A stretch of 63,736 nt of DNA, counting the filler, from Lama guanicoe (lineage: Eukaryota), in the NCBI GenBank assembly GCA_013239625.1. It is 73 parts of 73 records of this genome, joined end to end, with 100 filler letters (N's around TTAATTAATTAA, not from the genome) between each part and the next. Parts side by side here need not be neighbours in the genome. Positions count along the whole stretch, not along the records: positions 12,333 to 12,856 come from PNXV01011655.1; positions 12,957 to 13,497 come from PNXV01011656.1; positions 13,598 to 14,186 come from PNXV01011657.1; positions 14,287 to 15,269 come from PNXV01011662.1; positions 15,370 to 15,918 come from PNXV01011663.1; positions 16,019 to 16,858 come from PNXV01011667.1; positions 16,959 to 17,951 come from PNXV01011668.1; positions 18,052 to 18,782 come from PNXV01011669.1; 65 more parts are not named here. One strand, given 5' to 3'. Within the stretch, counting starts at the first letter, position 1. Each line of letters starts with the position of its first letter. Below, in pieces: positions 12,781 through 24,585 of this stretch. A program made the position numbers and the translations under genes. The notes under the pieces were generated by a model that saw only the letters and a program-made list of their open reading frames with translations, did no database searches and was not told the DNA's origin.

Positions 12781-13597
12781 GGAAGGTAGATAGACAGACA
12801 GGTAGGTTGTAGATAGACGATAGATTACCTAATAAAGAAAAATCCACACTGGTAGANNNNNNNNNNNNNNNNNNNNNNNNNNNNNNNNNNNNNNNNNNNN
12901 TTAATTAATTAANNNNNNNNNNNNNNNNNNNNNNNNNNNNNNNNNNNNNNNNNNNNCATAGCTAAGTAGTATAGGTGGGGAGACAGATGGAGAGAGGCAG
13001 TGTGGTTCATGTGCAAACTGTGAGCACTTTCATGGATGCCTTTATGCTGGAGAAGCCGCTGAAGAGCCCAGGTCAGACCAGGGGTGGCTTTGTATGCACT
13101 TGAAAGCCATCTTTCCTGCCTGTATGGTGAAGCCTGGTGGGCGAGGCTGGTAGATGATCAAGGTCGCATGGAGGTTATTGGCTGCACAGAGCGCTGTGTC
13201 TGAGAACTGGAGACCATCGCCATGGGAAATGCTTGCTGCCGGGAACAATGCAGTGGAGCTGGGAAGCCTGTGTGTTAAGGATTTTCCAGCTCTGTGAGTA
13301 TGGATTTTCCTGGTAGTGGGAAGATCAGACTGCATTCAGATCTGAGTTTGAATTAGTCCTCTTTAGTTTACTGGTCCTCAGACTTTTGTCAAGCTATAAA
13401 CCCTTTTTCATTTCCTGTTTACTTGCCTCTCAAAATAGGAGAATTACAGCCTGCTGCTAGAGTGTTTGATCAGTGTAAATAATTTGTGTCTATAAGANNN
13501 NNNNNNNNNNNNNNNNNNNNNNNNNNNNNNNNNNNNNNNNNTTAATTAATTAANNNNNNNNNNNNNNNNNNNNNNNNNNNNNNNNNNNNNNNNNNNN

Positions 13598-14186
13598 CAG
13601 AGCACACAATTTAGAATACAGAATACAGAATACTGAATATAGAATTCACAGCATAGAATGTAGAACACAGAAATGAGAATATAGAGTACGGAATGCAGAA
13701 TATAGAATTTAGAATATAGAATGAACAAAACAATATAAAGAATATAGCATAGAGAATATAGAACTCAGAATTTAAAACATGGGATGCACAACAAGGAATT
13801 TAGAATATAGAATACATAATACTGAATATAGAGTTTAGAATATAGACTGTAGAACACGGAGTATAGAATATACAATACTGAACACTGAATAAAGAATTTA
13901 GAATATAGAATGTAGAACACAGAATATAGAATATAAAATACAGAATGCAGAATATAGAATGAAGAATGTTGAATGTAGAAATCAGAATATAGAATATGGA
14001 AAAGAGTATACAGAAGTCAGAATTTAGAGCATAGAATGCAACACAGAATTCAGAATATAGAATATAAAACACTGAATATAGAATATAGAACATAGAATGC
14101 GGAAAAAAACAGAATACAATATACTGAATATATAATTTAGAACATGGAATGCTGAACACAAAATTTAGAATATAGAATACAGAATA
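13598..14186. repeat. AT-rich 7-bp-unit satellite (GAATATA orientation)
   Basis: Tandem GAATATA/GAATTTA/GAACACA units. Confidence 0.95.
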
Positions 14187-14664
14187 NNNNNNNNNNNNNN
14201 NNNNNNNNNNNNNNNNNNNNNNNNNNNNNNTTAATTAATTAANNNNNNNNNNNNNNNNNNNNNNNNNNNNNNNNNNNNNNNNNNNNTCCTGAGGAGCTGT
14301 CATATAACCCACCAGTGAAGAAGCCGTGTGGCTTCTGCATTACTGTGTGACCCGCCGGCCCCCTTCAGCTGTCACTGTTTGGTCCAGCTGCTTGTTCTCT
14401 GTTTCTTGGTTTGTTCCTGGGACTCTCACTTTGACAACCTTGATGGGTGTAAAGCACACACGGTAACCATGTGATCAGGAGAACTTTTCTTTACGGCTTT
14501 TTTCACTAGGGATCTTTTCAGTGTTTGCTGATGTTGTAAGTTGTATCAGCACTACATTCCTACGTTACTTTCATTGTAATTAAAAATACATATGACACTT
14601 TTAACTGAAATCATTTCAAGTACACATTTTTGTGGTATTAACTAGCTATTGTACAAACCAAGAA

Positions 14665-15030
14665 CTTGTGTGCCTATTTTAAGCATGGGAGATGCCCAGG
14701 AAATTGAGTAATTCCCTGAAGTGGCCCAAGACATCACCTGAAATGCCATCTTTCTCTAACACCAAAAGAAAGGAAGGCTATGTTCATCATATAGATTTAA
14801 ATCTTAGCGTTCTCTATGGATAAGTTTTTTGTGATTTAGCCTTCCTTCTATTTCTGGTACAGAAAGGGAGATTACTTTACAAATGTACGTTTCCCTTATA
14901 AATGTAAATTTGCCTCACAAAAGGCAAACTTGACTTGGGTTTCATAGTCTCATGTGTCTTATTTTTTTAAGAAATTTGCCCATTCTAATCTTCATGCCAA
15001 AGAGATATATTTTAGGGTGTCATTTGCCCT
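14665..15030. mobile_element. ERV1-type LTR fragment
   Basis: TTTCCCTTATAAATGTAAATTT...CATGCCAAAGAGATATATTTTAGGGTGTCATT resembles MER4-group LTRs, and it sits between L1 remnants. Confidence 0.5.
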
Positions 15031-15269
15031 CTTTCCATGGATGTATCCCAACTTGCTTATGTATTCGTGCACGGAAGGACATCCTCCTGATTTAAAGTTT
15101 TAAGCCATTATGAGTAGAGTTGCTGTGCATAATTGCATGCTAATTTTTACTTGGACCCTTTTTCAAAGCAATTGTCTAAATACTAGAGGTGCAGTGTTGG
15201 ATTCTCACGTGAACCTTGGTTAGCTTTGGAAAAAACTGCCCAACTGTCTTTCAAAGTGGCCACACACGC
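15030..15269 (-). mobile_element. L1M remnant (end of ORF2)
   Basis: AAAACTGCCCAACTGTCTTTCAAAGTGGC and related antisense L1 motifs. Confidence 0.65.
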
Positions 15270-15369
15270 NNNNNNNNNNNNNNNNNNNNNNNNNNNNNNN
15301 NNNNNNNNNNNNNTTAATTAATTAANNNNNNNNNNNNNNNNNNNNNNNNNNNNNNNNNNNNNNNNNNNN

Positions 15370-15811
15370 TTGCTGATACTGAATTTTTTCTCCTGGTCAC
15401 CATGGCCTATGATCAATACATAGCCATCTGCAAACCCCTACATTATGTGACTATCATGAACAAGAAGGTCTGTAGAAGACTCATCCTTGTTGCTGGACCT
15501 CTGGCTTGTTGATGATAATTCCCCCACTTAGTCTAGAACTAAACTTGGAACTCTATGACTCCAATGTTGTTGACCACTTTGTCCCTGATGCAGCCTTTCT
15601 CCTAAAGATCTCCAGCTTAGAAACATGCCTTATAGAGCAGATGGTCATCGCCTGTGCTGTGGTGACCTTTGTCATGACCCTTGTATCTGTACTTCTCTCC
15701 TATATGTACATCATCAAGACAACTTTACAACTCCCTTCTGTGCAGCAAAGGAAAAAGGCATTTTCTACATGTTCTTCCCAAATGAGTGTGATTTCTGTTA
15801 CCTACGGAAGC
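15370..15811 (+). pseudogene. Olfactory receptor pseudogene fragment, OR6C-like (TM3 to TM6)
   Basis: From 15381 the frame reads [27 protein letters not shown]. After a 1-nt frameshift near 15488 it reads [12 protein letters not shown]...DHF...SYMYII...QQRKKAFSTCSSQM...TYGS. DRY has become DQY and conserved cysteines are lost. Confidence 0.93.
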
Positions 15812-16059
15812 CTCCCCAAAATGATGTCTTTCCCACTTGCAAAACTTGTAACAAGGTGTCAGAAAGAAGTATTTCAGTAGACCTCTCTGAAAGGTCAAAA
15901 ATATTTAATTGCTTTTGTNNNNNNNNNNNNNNNNNNNNNNNNNNNNNNNNNNNNNNNNNNNNTTAATTAATTAANNNNNNNNNNNNNNNNNNNNNNNNNN
16001 NNNNNNNNNNNNNNNNNNTCTCTCGGGCAGAAGCAGACATAGGAAAGCAAGTGCAAACC

Positions 16060-16858
16060 TATGAAAATATTGCTGTTGAATCCTGGTTGAAGACAGGGCA
16101 TAAAAGCCTAGAATTCATAAGAGTCCCAGATGGAAAAGCAAGAGAAAAAGAAACAAAAAAGTCTGAAATGTTATCTGTAGAACAATCAGACTGAAACTTG
16201 CTGAAAGCCAAGAGAGAATCATCTATGCAAATTCAGGAAGTGCACAGCGTTCAAAGGAGGTGGAATCCCAATAGACTTACCAGGAGCTGTATGATTCAAT
16301 ACAAGAAAGTTCATAAGCATCACAGTGATTTAAAATGCGCCTCAAGGAAAGCAATATAGTCAAAAGAGAACCACCAGAGATGATATCTCCACAGCAATAT
16401 TGCAGGACAGGGAGGAGTGCCAGGACAAAGACCATATCCTGAATGGCAAAATGCTGCCATCTAGGGTAGACAATGACTCATGAATACCATTTCTAATAAC
16501 GGCAGAGCAAGAGAATTTCACACACCTACAAATCTTAAAAGAAATCAGCAGTTCAAAACTTATTTTAAATAAAGTTTGAGAATTCTCTACTGAATAGAAA
16601 AGCAGCAAGATGAAATGGAAAGAAGAAAACCATTATTGGAAATGCAAGAAGAGCATGAGTGGAAAAGAAGAAACAAGAAGAAGGCAAGGAGGACATCAAA
16701 AGCCTAAAGAAGGGAGAGGGAAGCAGGAAATCATAGGTGATTGGAAGCACTATCGCAAGTGAGTCACCTGATATGACTATCTGTTTGAAGCGAATGGATA
16801 GATGCATGACCTGAAGTGTTTGCAAAACAAACGAGAAGCAGACCAACAAAGATTCAAA
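16060..16858 (+). mobile_element. Degenerate L1 ORF1 C-terminal half plus inter-ORF region
   Basis: Peptide remnants IRVPDGKAREK, IQEVHSVQRRWNPNR and ILNGKMLPSR correspond to L1 ORF1p motifs, with stops and frameshifts. Confidence 0.75.
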
Positions 16859-17614
16859 NNNNNNNNNNNNNNNNNNNNNNNNNNNNNNNNNNNNNNNNNN
16901 NNTTAATTAATTAANNNNNNNNNNNNNNNNNNNNNNNNNNNNNNNNNNNNNNNNNNNNCCCGAAGCAGAGACCAAAGGTCAGAAAGGCAGGGCTGGTGTA
17001 TGTGTGTCAGTGAGGGAGGGGTGAGGGCTGGGCCACACAGGGAGGTGTCCCTAGAGGCTACTGTTGGGACCAGAGAAAAGAATGGCCTCAGACCACCTGT
17101 CTGGAAAAATTCAGTCACAGAACACATCCTGTGGGCACTTTCTGGGTGGGAGATGTCTGGAAAGCTCTGGGAAGGTTTCTGTCCTTGTAGAGGCACATGG
17201 AAAGGGAGGCAGGTACGTAAATTTTTCCTTTCTCACAGCATGAGCTCTTCCACAAGACTTAAAACTCTCTACACATCCAATATTTACAGAGAAGGCAGGG
17301 GATTGGGAAGATGTCAGAGACCAAAAATGGGACAAACTGGATCCAGCAGGAGACCCCGAGCTCCCTCCTGCCACTCCTGCAGCTCCTCCTGAACCTGCAT
17401 CTGCAGCTGGACTGCTGGGCAACGGAGAACCAGTTCAGGCATCACCACCCCCTGGGGTAGAGCCCCCTCTGCACCCACCCACACCTTCTTCTCCAAAATG
17501 TTCTCCAAAATCCCATCATCAGTCCCCCCCCAAACTTGACGTCCCTTCCGCTGGAGATGATTTTGTTTCATTTTCTTTAGGTTCCTTTGCTTGTTTCACA
17601 TCATTTATGACATC

Positions 17615-17860
17615 CTTTATTTTCTTTCAGAGTTTCATGTAATAAAATATAGACTTTTCCCCTTTTAAATTGTGCAATTCAGGAGCATTTGGGGCATTCA
17701 CAATGTTGTGCGACCATCACTACCATCTAGTTTCACAGTATTTCTTTCCTCAAAGTGAAACCTTGGATCCAGAGCATGCACTTCCCTCCCTCCTCACCCA
17801 GCCCCTGACAACCCCAAGTCCTCTTTCTCTTTGCTTGTCTTTACCTCTACTGGTTGTTCC
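17615..17860 (-). mobile_element. L1MB-like 3' end
   Basis: CCTTTTAAATTGTGCAATTCAG...ATTCACAATGTTGTGCGACCATCACTACCATCTAGTT...CCCAGCCCCTGACAACC. Confidence 0.75.
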
Positions 17861-17936
17861 CTGCCAATGAAATTTTAAAAAAGGGTTTTTTCCTCATTTC
17901 CCTGCCAATGAAATTTTAAAAAAGGGTTTTTTCCTC
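17857..17936. repeat. 41-bp tandem duplication
   Basis: TTCCCTGCCAATGAAATTTTAAAAAAGGGTTTTTTCCTC at 17857 and 17898. Confidence 0.9.
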
Positions 17937-18467
17937 CCTGCCCACGTGTTTNNNNNNNNNNNNNNNNNNNNNNNNNNNNNNNNNNNNNNNNNNNNTTAAT
18001 TAATTAANNNNNNNNNNNNNNNNNNNNNNNNNNNNNNNNNNNNNNNNNNNNTCATTTTTAGTAATTTGGTTTGAACTGTACTTAAGGGTGAAGAAAATAT
18101 CTTTGAATCAAAGTTGTTTCTGATTTACATTATCATCTGGAATACAGGCATTTAAAACTTTTTCATGGATATGGAATTTGATCAGAAACTTAAAATATGC
18201 CTGTTATTCCTATTTTTCTACTCTTATGTTTTTGTCTTGTTAGGAGGCTTGGTGGGGGTTTATAGGCTGGTGACTCATACTGAGAAAGATACCTCTTCTG
18301 GTAGGATAGGAAACTGAAGCTCTCCCACATAGTCAAGGAAATAAATTTTGGTGAACATTTCTTCAAAAAAGTAATTTGTTCTTACTCATTCCAAAATTAC
18401 AATAAAATTTCCTAGTGTTAAAGAAATACACATCATAAAAACAATAGTACTTTAAATAGCACTTTTA

Positions 18468-18633
18468 CACAGAGAACTATATTCAGTATCTTGTAGTAAG
18501 CAACCTATAATGAAAAAGAATATGAAAACGAATATATTTATGTATATATATGACTGAAACATTATGCTGTACACTAGAAATTGACATAACATTGTAAACT
18601 GACTATACTAAAAGTTAAGAAAAATAAAATAAA
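18468..18633 (+). mobile_element. 5'-truncated L1 3' tail
   Basis: AACTATATTCAGTATCTTGTAGTAA...GAAACATTATGCTGTACACTAGAAATTGAC. TSD AAATAGCACTTTTA at 18454 and 18751. Confidence 0.88.
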
Positions 18634-18730
18634 GGGGAGGATAGTTGAGTGGTAGAGCACGTGCTTATCATGCACAAGGTCCTGGGTTCAATCCCCAGTA
18701 CCTCCACTAAGGAATAAAAAATAAAATAAA
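18634..18730 (+). mobile_element. tRNA-derived SINE (vic-1-like) inside the L1 A-rich tail
   Basis: GGGGAGGATAG...GTGGTAGAGCAC...GGTCCTGGGTTCAATCCCCAGTACCTCCA. Confidence 0.9.
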
Positions 18731-18882
18731 TTCAAGTCTTATAATTAAAAAAATAGCACTTTTATCCTTAGGAAGAACCATGNNNNNNNNNNNNNNNNNN
18801 NNNNNNNNNNNNNNNNNNNNNNNNNNTTAATTAATTAANNNNNNNNNNNNNNNNNNNNNNNNNNNNNNNNNNNNNNNNNNNN

Positions 18883-19332
18883 GGAAAACACTCAGGGAAG
18901 ATAACCTAAGGGATCCTATTTGATCCCAGATATTGCTATCAGTGGGAGGTGCCTCCCCTCACTCAGGATACCAGAACAATTCTTCATGTGTGTGCTGGAG
19001 GTGGGGAAACAGAGTCCACGCACTTTCAAGGAGCACAGATATTCCCAGGTTGTGGGATTTTGGTTAATAATTCCCTCTTCCCATGGAGAAGCACTCGCTA
19101 ATACCTGGATTTACAGCCCAACCCTCACATTCCCCCGCACTCCCGCCTAGGCTAGCCATCAGTGAAGACACGTTAATGGATTGTATTAGAACCCAGGCCC
19201 TGCTGTCAGTTGTAGATGCCTCCCCACACTCAGGAAACCTCAACCCGTCGTCGTGTTAAGGTGGGGAAACAGAGTCGACGCAGTTTTTGGGTGGCACAGT
19301 TTTTCCAAGTTTGGGGAAGTATTTTAAACACC
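18883..19332. repeat. Diverged ~267-bp satellite related to the 267-bp family
   Basis: TGCT(A/G)TCAGT...CCTCCCC(T/A)CACTCAGGA at 18934 and 19201, a period of 267. Confidence 0.85.
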
Positions 19333-19432
19333 NNNNNNNNNNNNNNNNNNNNNNNNNNNNNNNNNNNNNNNNNNNNTTAATTAATTAANNNNNNNNNNNN
19401 NNNNNNNNNNNNNNNNNNNNNNNNNNNNNNNN

Positions 19433-20190
19433 TGTAGAACACAGAATATGGAATGTAGAATACGGAATGCAGGATATTGAAAAAAGAATATAGAATGTAG
19501 AACACAGAATTTACAATATAGAAAACATAATATAGAACCCAGAATTTAGAACATGGAATGCAGAACACAGAATTTAGAATATAGAATACAGATTACTGAA
19601 TATAGAATTTAGAATATAAAATGTAGAACACAGAATAAAGAATATACATTACGGAATGCAGAATATAGTATACAGAATATAAAATTTAGAAAACAGAATA
19701 TAGAATATGGAAAAAAGAATACAGAACCCAGAATTTAGAACATGGAATGCAGAAAACAGAAGTTAGAATATAGAGATACAGAATACTGAATATCGAATTT
19801 AGAATATAGAATGTAAAACACAGTATTTGGAATGTAGAATACTGAATGCAGAATATTGAATACAGAATATAGAATGTAGAAGACAGAATTTAGAATATTG
19901 AAAACAGAATATAGATCCCAGGATTTATAACATGGAATGTAGAACACAGAATTTAGTATATAGGATACAGAATACTGAATATCGAATTTAGAATATAGAA
20001 TACAAAATACTGAATATAGAAATTAGAACATAGAATGCGGAACACAGAATGTACAATATACAATACAGAATTCTTAATATAGAATTTAGAAAGTAGAATG
20101 AGGAAAAAAGTAATTAGAATATAGAATATAGAATACTGAAGATATAATTTAGAACATGGAAAGCAGAACTCAGAATATAGAATATAGAAT
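19433..20190. repeat. AT-rich 7-bp-unit satellite
   Basis: Tandem GAATATA variants. Confidence 0.95.
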
Positions 20191-20290
20191 NNNNNNNNNN
20201 NNNNNNNNNNNNNNNNNNNNNNNNNNNNNNNNNNTTAATTAATTAANNNNNNNNNNNNNNNNNNNNNNNNNNNNNNNNNNNNNNNNNNNN

Positions 20291-21839
20291 TAAACCAATA
20301 AGATGAAGAGGCTCTTCCATATGAGAGTGGGGGTGTTCCCTAAGTAAAATTCAAAGGTTTACTCTCCAAAAGTAAAAGGCCTTTGGGATCCAGGCTGATG
20401 AAGCAAAGTTTAAGATAGCAAAATATCTAAAAATTGATACAATCAAAGAATTGCTTTGAATCCCATTTTATTTGCGTGGCCACCATATGTACACATTACT
20501 TGAACCTTTTGTATGGCAGAATCCAAGGTTTCCTTTAAAAAATAAACTAAACATATACATACATACATACACACACTTAAAACACCTAGAGAATGATAAA
20601 ACATTTACATTTCAAGGACACAGGAAGAGAAATCCAAGTTCCCCCTAAAGTGGATTTTGTTTTTATAAGTTCAGAATTCCAAAAAATGTTTTTATCGGGC
20701 CTGTTTAGTTACTTTCAGAGTGAGTTTTTTTTTCTTTTTCCCAATAAATGTTGTAAGTTTTGTATGTACATAAACCTGGCTGGGGTAATAGTTGGAGACT
20801 GGCAATCTGTCATTTCTTTTTCTTTCATTTTCTGTTCTTTATTTTTTTTGAAAGTTCTATTCCCCATTGTAAGGTCGGATTCTCAGAATAAATTTGCTAG
20901 TAAGATTTNNNNNNNNNNNNNNNNNNNNNNNNNNNNNNNNNNNNNNNNNNNNNNNNNNNNNNNNNNNNNNNNNNNNNNNNNNNNNNNNNNNNNNNNNNNN
21001 NNNNNNNNNNNNNNNNNNNNNNNNNNNNNNNNNNNNNNNNNNNNNNNNNNNNNNNNNNNNNNNNNNNNNNNNNNNNNNNNNNNNNNNNNNNNNNNNNNNN
21101 NNNNNNNNNNNNNNNNNNNNNNNNNNNNNNNNNNNNNNNNNNNNNNNNNNNNNNNNNNNNNNNNNNNNNNNNNNNNNNNNNNNNNNNNNNNNNNNNNNNN
21201 NNNNNNNNNNNNNNNNNNNNNNNNNNNNNNNNNNNNNNNNNNNNNNNNNNNNNNNNNNNNNNNNNNNNNNNNNNNNNNNNNNNNNNNNNNNNNNNNNNNN
21301 NNNNNNNNNNNNNNNNNNNNNNNNNNNNNNNNNNNNNNNNNNNNNNNNNNNNNNNNNNNNNNNNNNNNNNNNNNNNNNNNNNNNNNNNNNNNNNNNNNNN
21401 NNNNNNNNNNNNNNNNNNNNNNNNNNNNNNNNNNNNNNNNNNNNNNNNNNNNNNNNNNNNNNNNNNNNNNNNNNNNNNNNNNNNNNNNNNNNNNNNNNNN
21501 NNNNNNNNNNNNNNNNNNNNNNNNNNNNNNNNNNNNNNNNNNNNNNNNNNNNNNNNNNNNNNNNNNNNNNNNNNNNNNNNNNNNNNNNNNNNNNNNNNNN
21601 NNNNNNNNNNNNNNCTACCAAGGCTCCGGTTACTTGGAGAGTTCAGGTGGAGAGAAATCTGCTGTGGGTCCCTTCATGGTGTCCAAAACTGTTGACTGGA
21701 ATACATGTGCAGCCTAAAAGTTAAGAGTAATGATTTATTTGGCGCGAGGACTCGAGCCGGGATCACAGCCTCTCAGATCTCTCTGAGGGGCCGCTCCCAA
21801 GAGGTTGAGGAGAGCTAGGATATATAGGAGCTTTACAAC
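20291..21839 (-). mobile_element. ERV1 provirus fragment: end of 5' LTR (21690-21839), Arg-tRNA-like PBS (21668-21685), leader and gag-like remnant (about 20715-20867)
   Basis: The minus strand reads ...CAGTCAACA GTTT TGGACACCATGAAGGGAC. Downstream it encodes MGNRTFKK...PTITPARFMY. Confidence 0.7.
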
Positions 21840-23217
21840 NNNNNNNNNNNNNNNNNNNNNNNNNNNNNNNNNNNNNNNNNNNNTTAATTAATTAANNNNN
21901 NNNNNNNNNNNNNNNNNNNNNNNNNNNNNNNNNNNNNNNGCCCAAGAAGATCAGCTTCAACCCCCAACAGTGTGTGTCAAGGCCCTCTATATAACTCTTA
22001 TGCTAAGCAAGCTAACTTTTTGTAGATTATGGTTATAAACAGATGAGGTATAAAAATACATACAAGGACACACATCAACTCTAAGATGCTCATTAACTCC
22101 ACTATTTTGTTTCTATTTATTTCTATTAAAAAAANNNNNNNNNNNNNNNNNNNNNNNNNNNNNNNNNNNNNNNNNNNNNNNNNNNNNNNNNNNNNNNNNN
22201 NNNNNNNNNNNNNNNNNNNNNNNNNNNNNNNNNNNNNNNNNNNNNNNNNNNNNNNNNNNNNNNNNNNNNNNNNNNNNNNNNNNNNNNNNNNNNNNNNNNN
22301 NNNNNNNNNNNNNNNNNNNNNNNNNNNNNNNNNNNNNNNNNNNNNNNNNNNNNNNNNNNNNNNNNNNNNNNNNNNNNNNNNNNNNNNNNNNNNNNNNNNN
22401 NNNNNNNNNNNNNNNNNNNNNNNNNNNNNNNNNNNNNNNNNNNNNNNNNNNNNNNNNNNNNNNNCATTCATCCTTTCCTTTTTACCATCGAAACATGCCT
22501 TCAATCTGTTCGCTTTTACCCACTGACCATCTCACCACTCAAGGGGAAGCCACCAACACTGCCCACCTGGACTCACGAGTCTCCCAAGTGGCCCCACAGC
22601 CACTCTCCCCTACTTGAGACAAATGGGATTGTGTGACTTCCGCGTTTTATGGACTATTTTCAGACCCACTGTTTCTAGAAGAAACTCCAAGTTCTTCACC
22701 TGGTGAAAGTCTTTGCCATGAAACTGTCAGCTCAGGCAGGGCTGGACACGCCCTCTCCCCTCGGCCCCGCCCTCTGTCAGAGCATCAGCTTGGGAGGACC
22801 TGCTGAACTACACCAGCCTGTATTCTAAACCTGGTCTTGAGTTCTTAGCAAACTGCTTCACTTATCCATACAAATCCAAGGTAGATTAGAAAGATTTTAG
22901 GTGTTGAGCTAGACTATTGATTTGGAGATTTTGTACTAGCAACCAGCAAGGACATGTTCAATGATTCTGTCTTCTTAAAACCACATCCAGTTTAAAGGAG
23001 TAATTGTGGAATGTCTAAAGGGGACTGTTACAGAATTTTTGTTTTATAACATGAACAACCCGGGCAGAGTCACAAAAGGAACTGCCTCACAAGTGACCGG
23101 AGACAGGTGAGAGGCATNNNNNNNNNNNNNNNNNNNNNNNNNNNNNNNNNNNNNNNNNNNNTTAATTAATTAANNNNNNNNNNNNNNNNNNNNNNNNNNN
23201 NNNNNNNNNNNNNNNNN

Positions 23218-23908
23218 AAACATTGCTGTTGAATCCTGGGTTAAGACAGGGAATGAAAAACTTGAATTCATAAGAGTCCCAGATGGAAAAGCAATAGATA
23301 AAGGAACAAAAAATGTCTGAAAATTTATCTGTAGAAAAATCCGACTGAAACATGCTGAAAGCCACGAAAATATTATCTATGTGATTTCAGGAATTACACA
23401 GCATCCAAAGGAGGTGGAACCCCAATAGACCTACCAGCAGCTGTATGATTCAAATCAACAAAGTTCACGGAAATCCCAGTGATTTAAAATGCACCTGGAG
23501 GAAACAACATAGTCACAAGGGAACCACCAGAGGGGTTTCAGCTGATATCTCGGCAGCAATATTGCAGGACAGGGAGGAGTGCCAGGACACAGACCATAAC
23601 CGGAATGGCCAAATGCTGCCACCTAGGGTAGCCAATCTATGCCAAATGACCACCATTTCTAATAACGGCAGAACTAGAGAATGCCACAGAACAGCAAATC
23701 TTAAAAGAATTCAGCAGTTCAAAACTTATCCTACAAGTATGGTTGAGAAATCTACCCTGAATAGAAAAGCAGCAAGATGAAATGGAAAGAAGAAACCATT
23801 ATTGGAAATGCAAGAAGAGCATGAGTGGCAAAGTAGAAACAAGAAGAAGGCAATTTGGTCATCAAAACCTTAAAGATGGGAGAGGGAAGCAGGAAATCAT
23901 AGGTGATT
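23218..23908 (+). mobile_element. Degenerate L1 ORF1 region, paralogous to 16060-16742
   Basis: KGTTRGVSADISAAILQDREECQD resembles the ORF1p KGTPIRLSADFS..TLQARREW motif, and the fragment is colinear with the 16-kb copy. Confidence 0.78.
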
Positions 23909-24585
23909 NNNNNNNNNNNNNNNNNNNNNNNNNNNNNNNNNNNNNNNNNNNNTTAATTAATTAANNNNNNNNNNNNNNNNNNNNNNNNNNNNNNNNNNNN
24001 NNNNNNNNGAAGTGTTTTTCCACTGAAACATATCTATCCCACAACATAAGCAAAAGGATAGTATAAAGACCATTTAAATATACCAATTTCACAAACTTTT
24101 ATCTCAATTTTATTAAATCTTATACCTTTAATTTTTATGTTTATTAGGTTTAATCAATATTTATTTCTAGAAGGAGTGCCAGAAAACTTTTTTTTTTTTN
24201 NNNNNNNNNNNNNNNNNNNNNNNNNNNNNNNNNNNNNNNNNNNNNNNNNNNNNNNNNNNNNNNNNNNNNNNNNNNNNNNNNCTTGATTAATTGGTCTGTT
24301 GTGTTGTCCCATGATCTGATCAAGTATTTCAGTCTATATATACATATATTTTAAACTGTGGTAAATAAAACGGACTTATTTGAACTTTTGGGGGGTGTAG
24401 GTGATCTCTTTGGCCCTTTTATTTTAATTTTACGTCGTGTAGTATCAAAACCTTGTATCTAAATCCAAAAATGTCCATTTTATTTNNNNNNNNNNNNNNN
24501 NNNNNNNNNNNNNNNNNNNNNNNNNNNNNTTAATTAATTAANNNNNNNNNNNNNNNNNNNNNNNNNNNNNNNNNNNNNNNNNNNN

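Noticed and set aside
13598..14186. Heat-shock or steroid response elements in the GAA/AGAACA-rich satellite
   Set aside because: The motifs are direct repeats at 7-bp spacing, not inverted nGAAn arrays or 3-bp-spaced palindromes.
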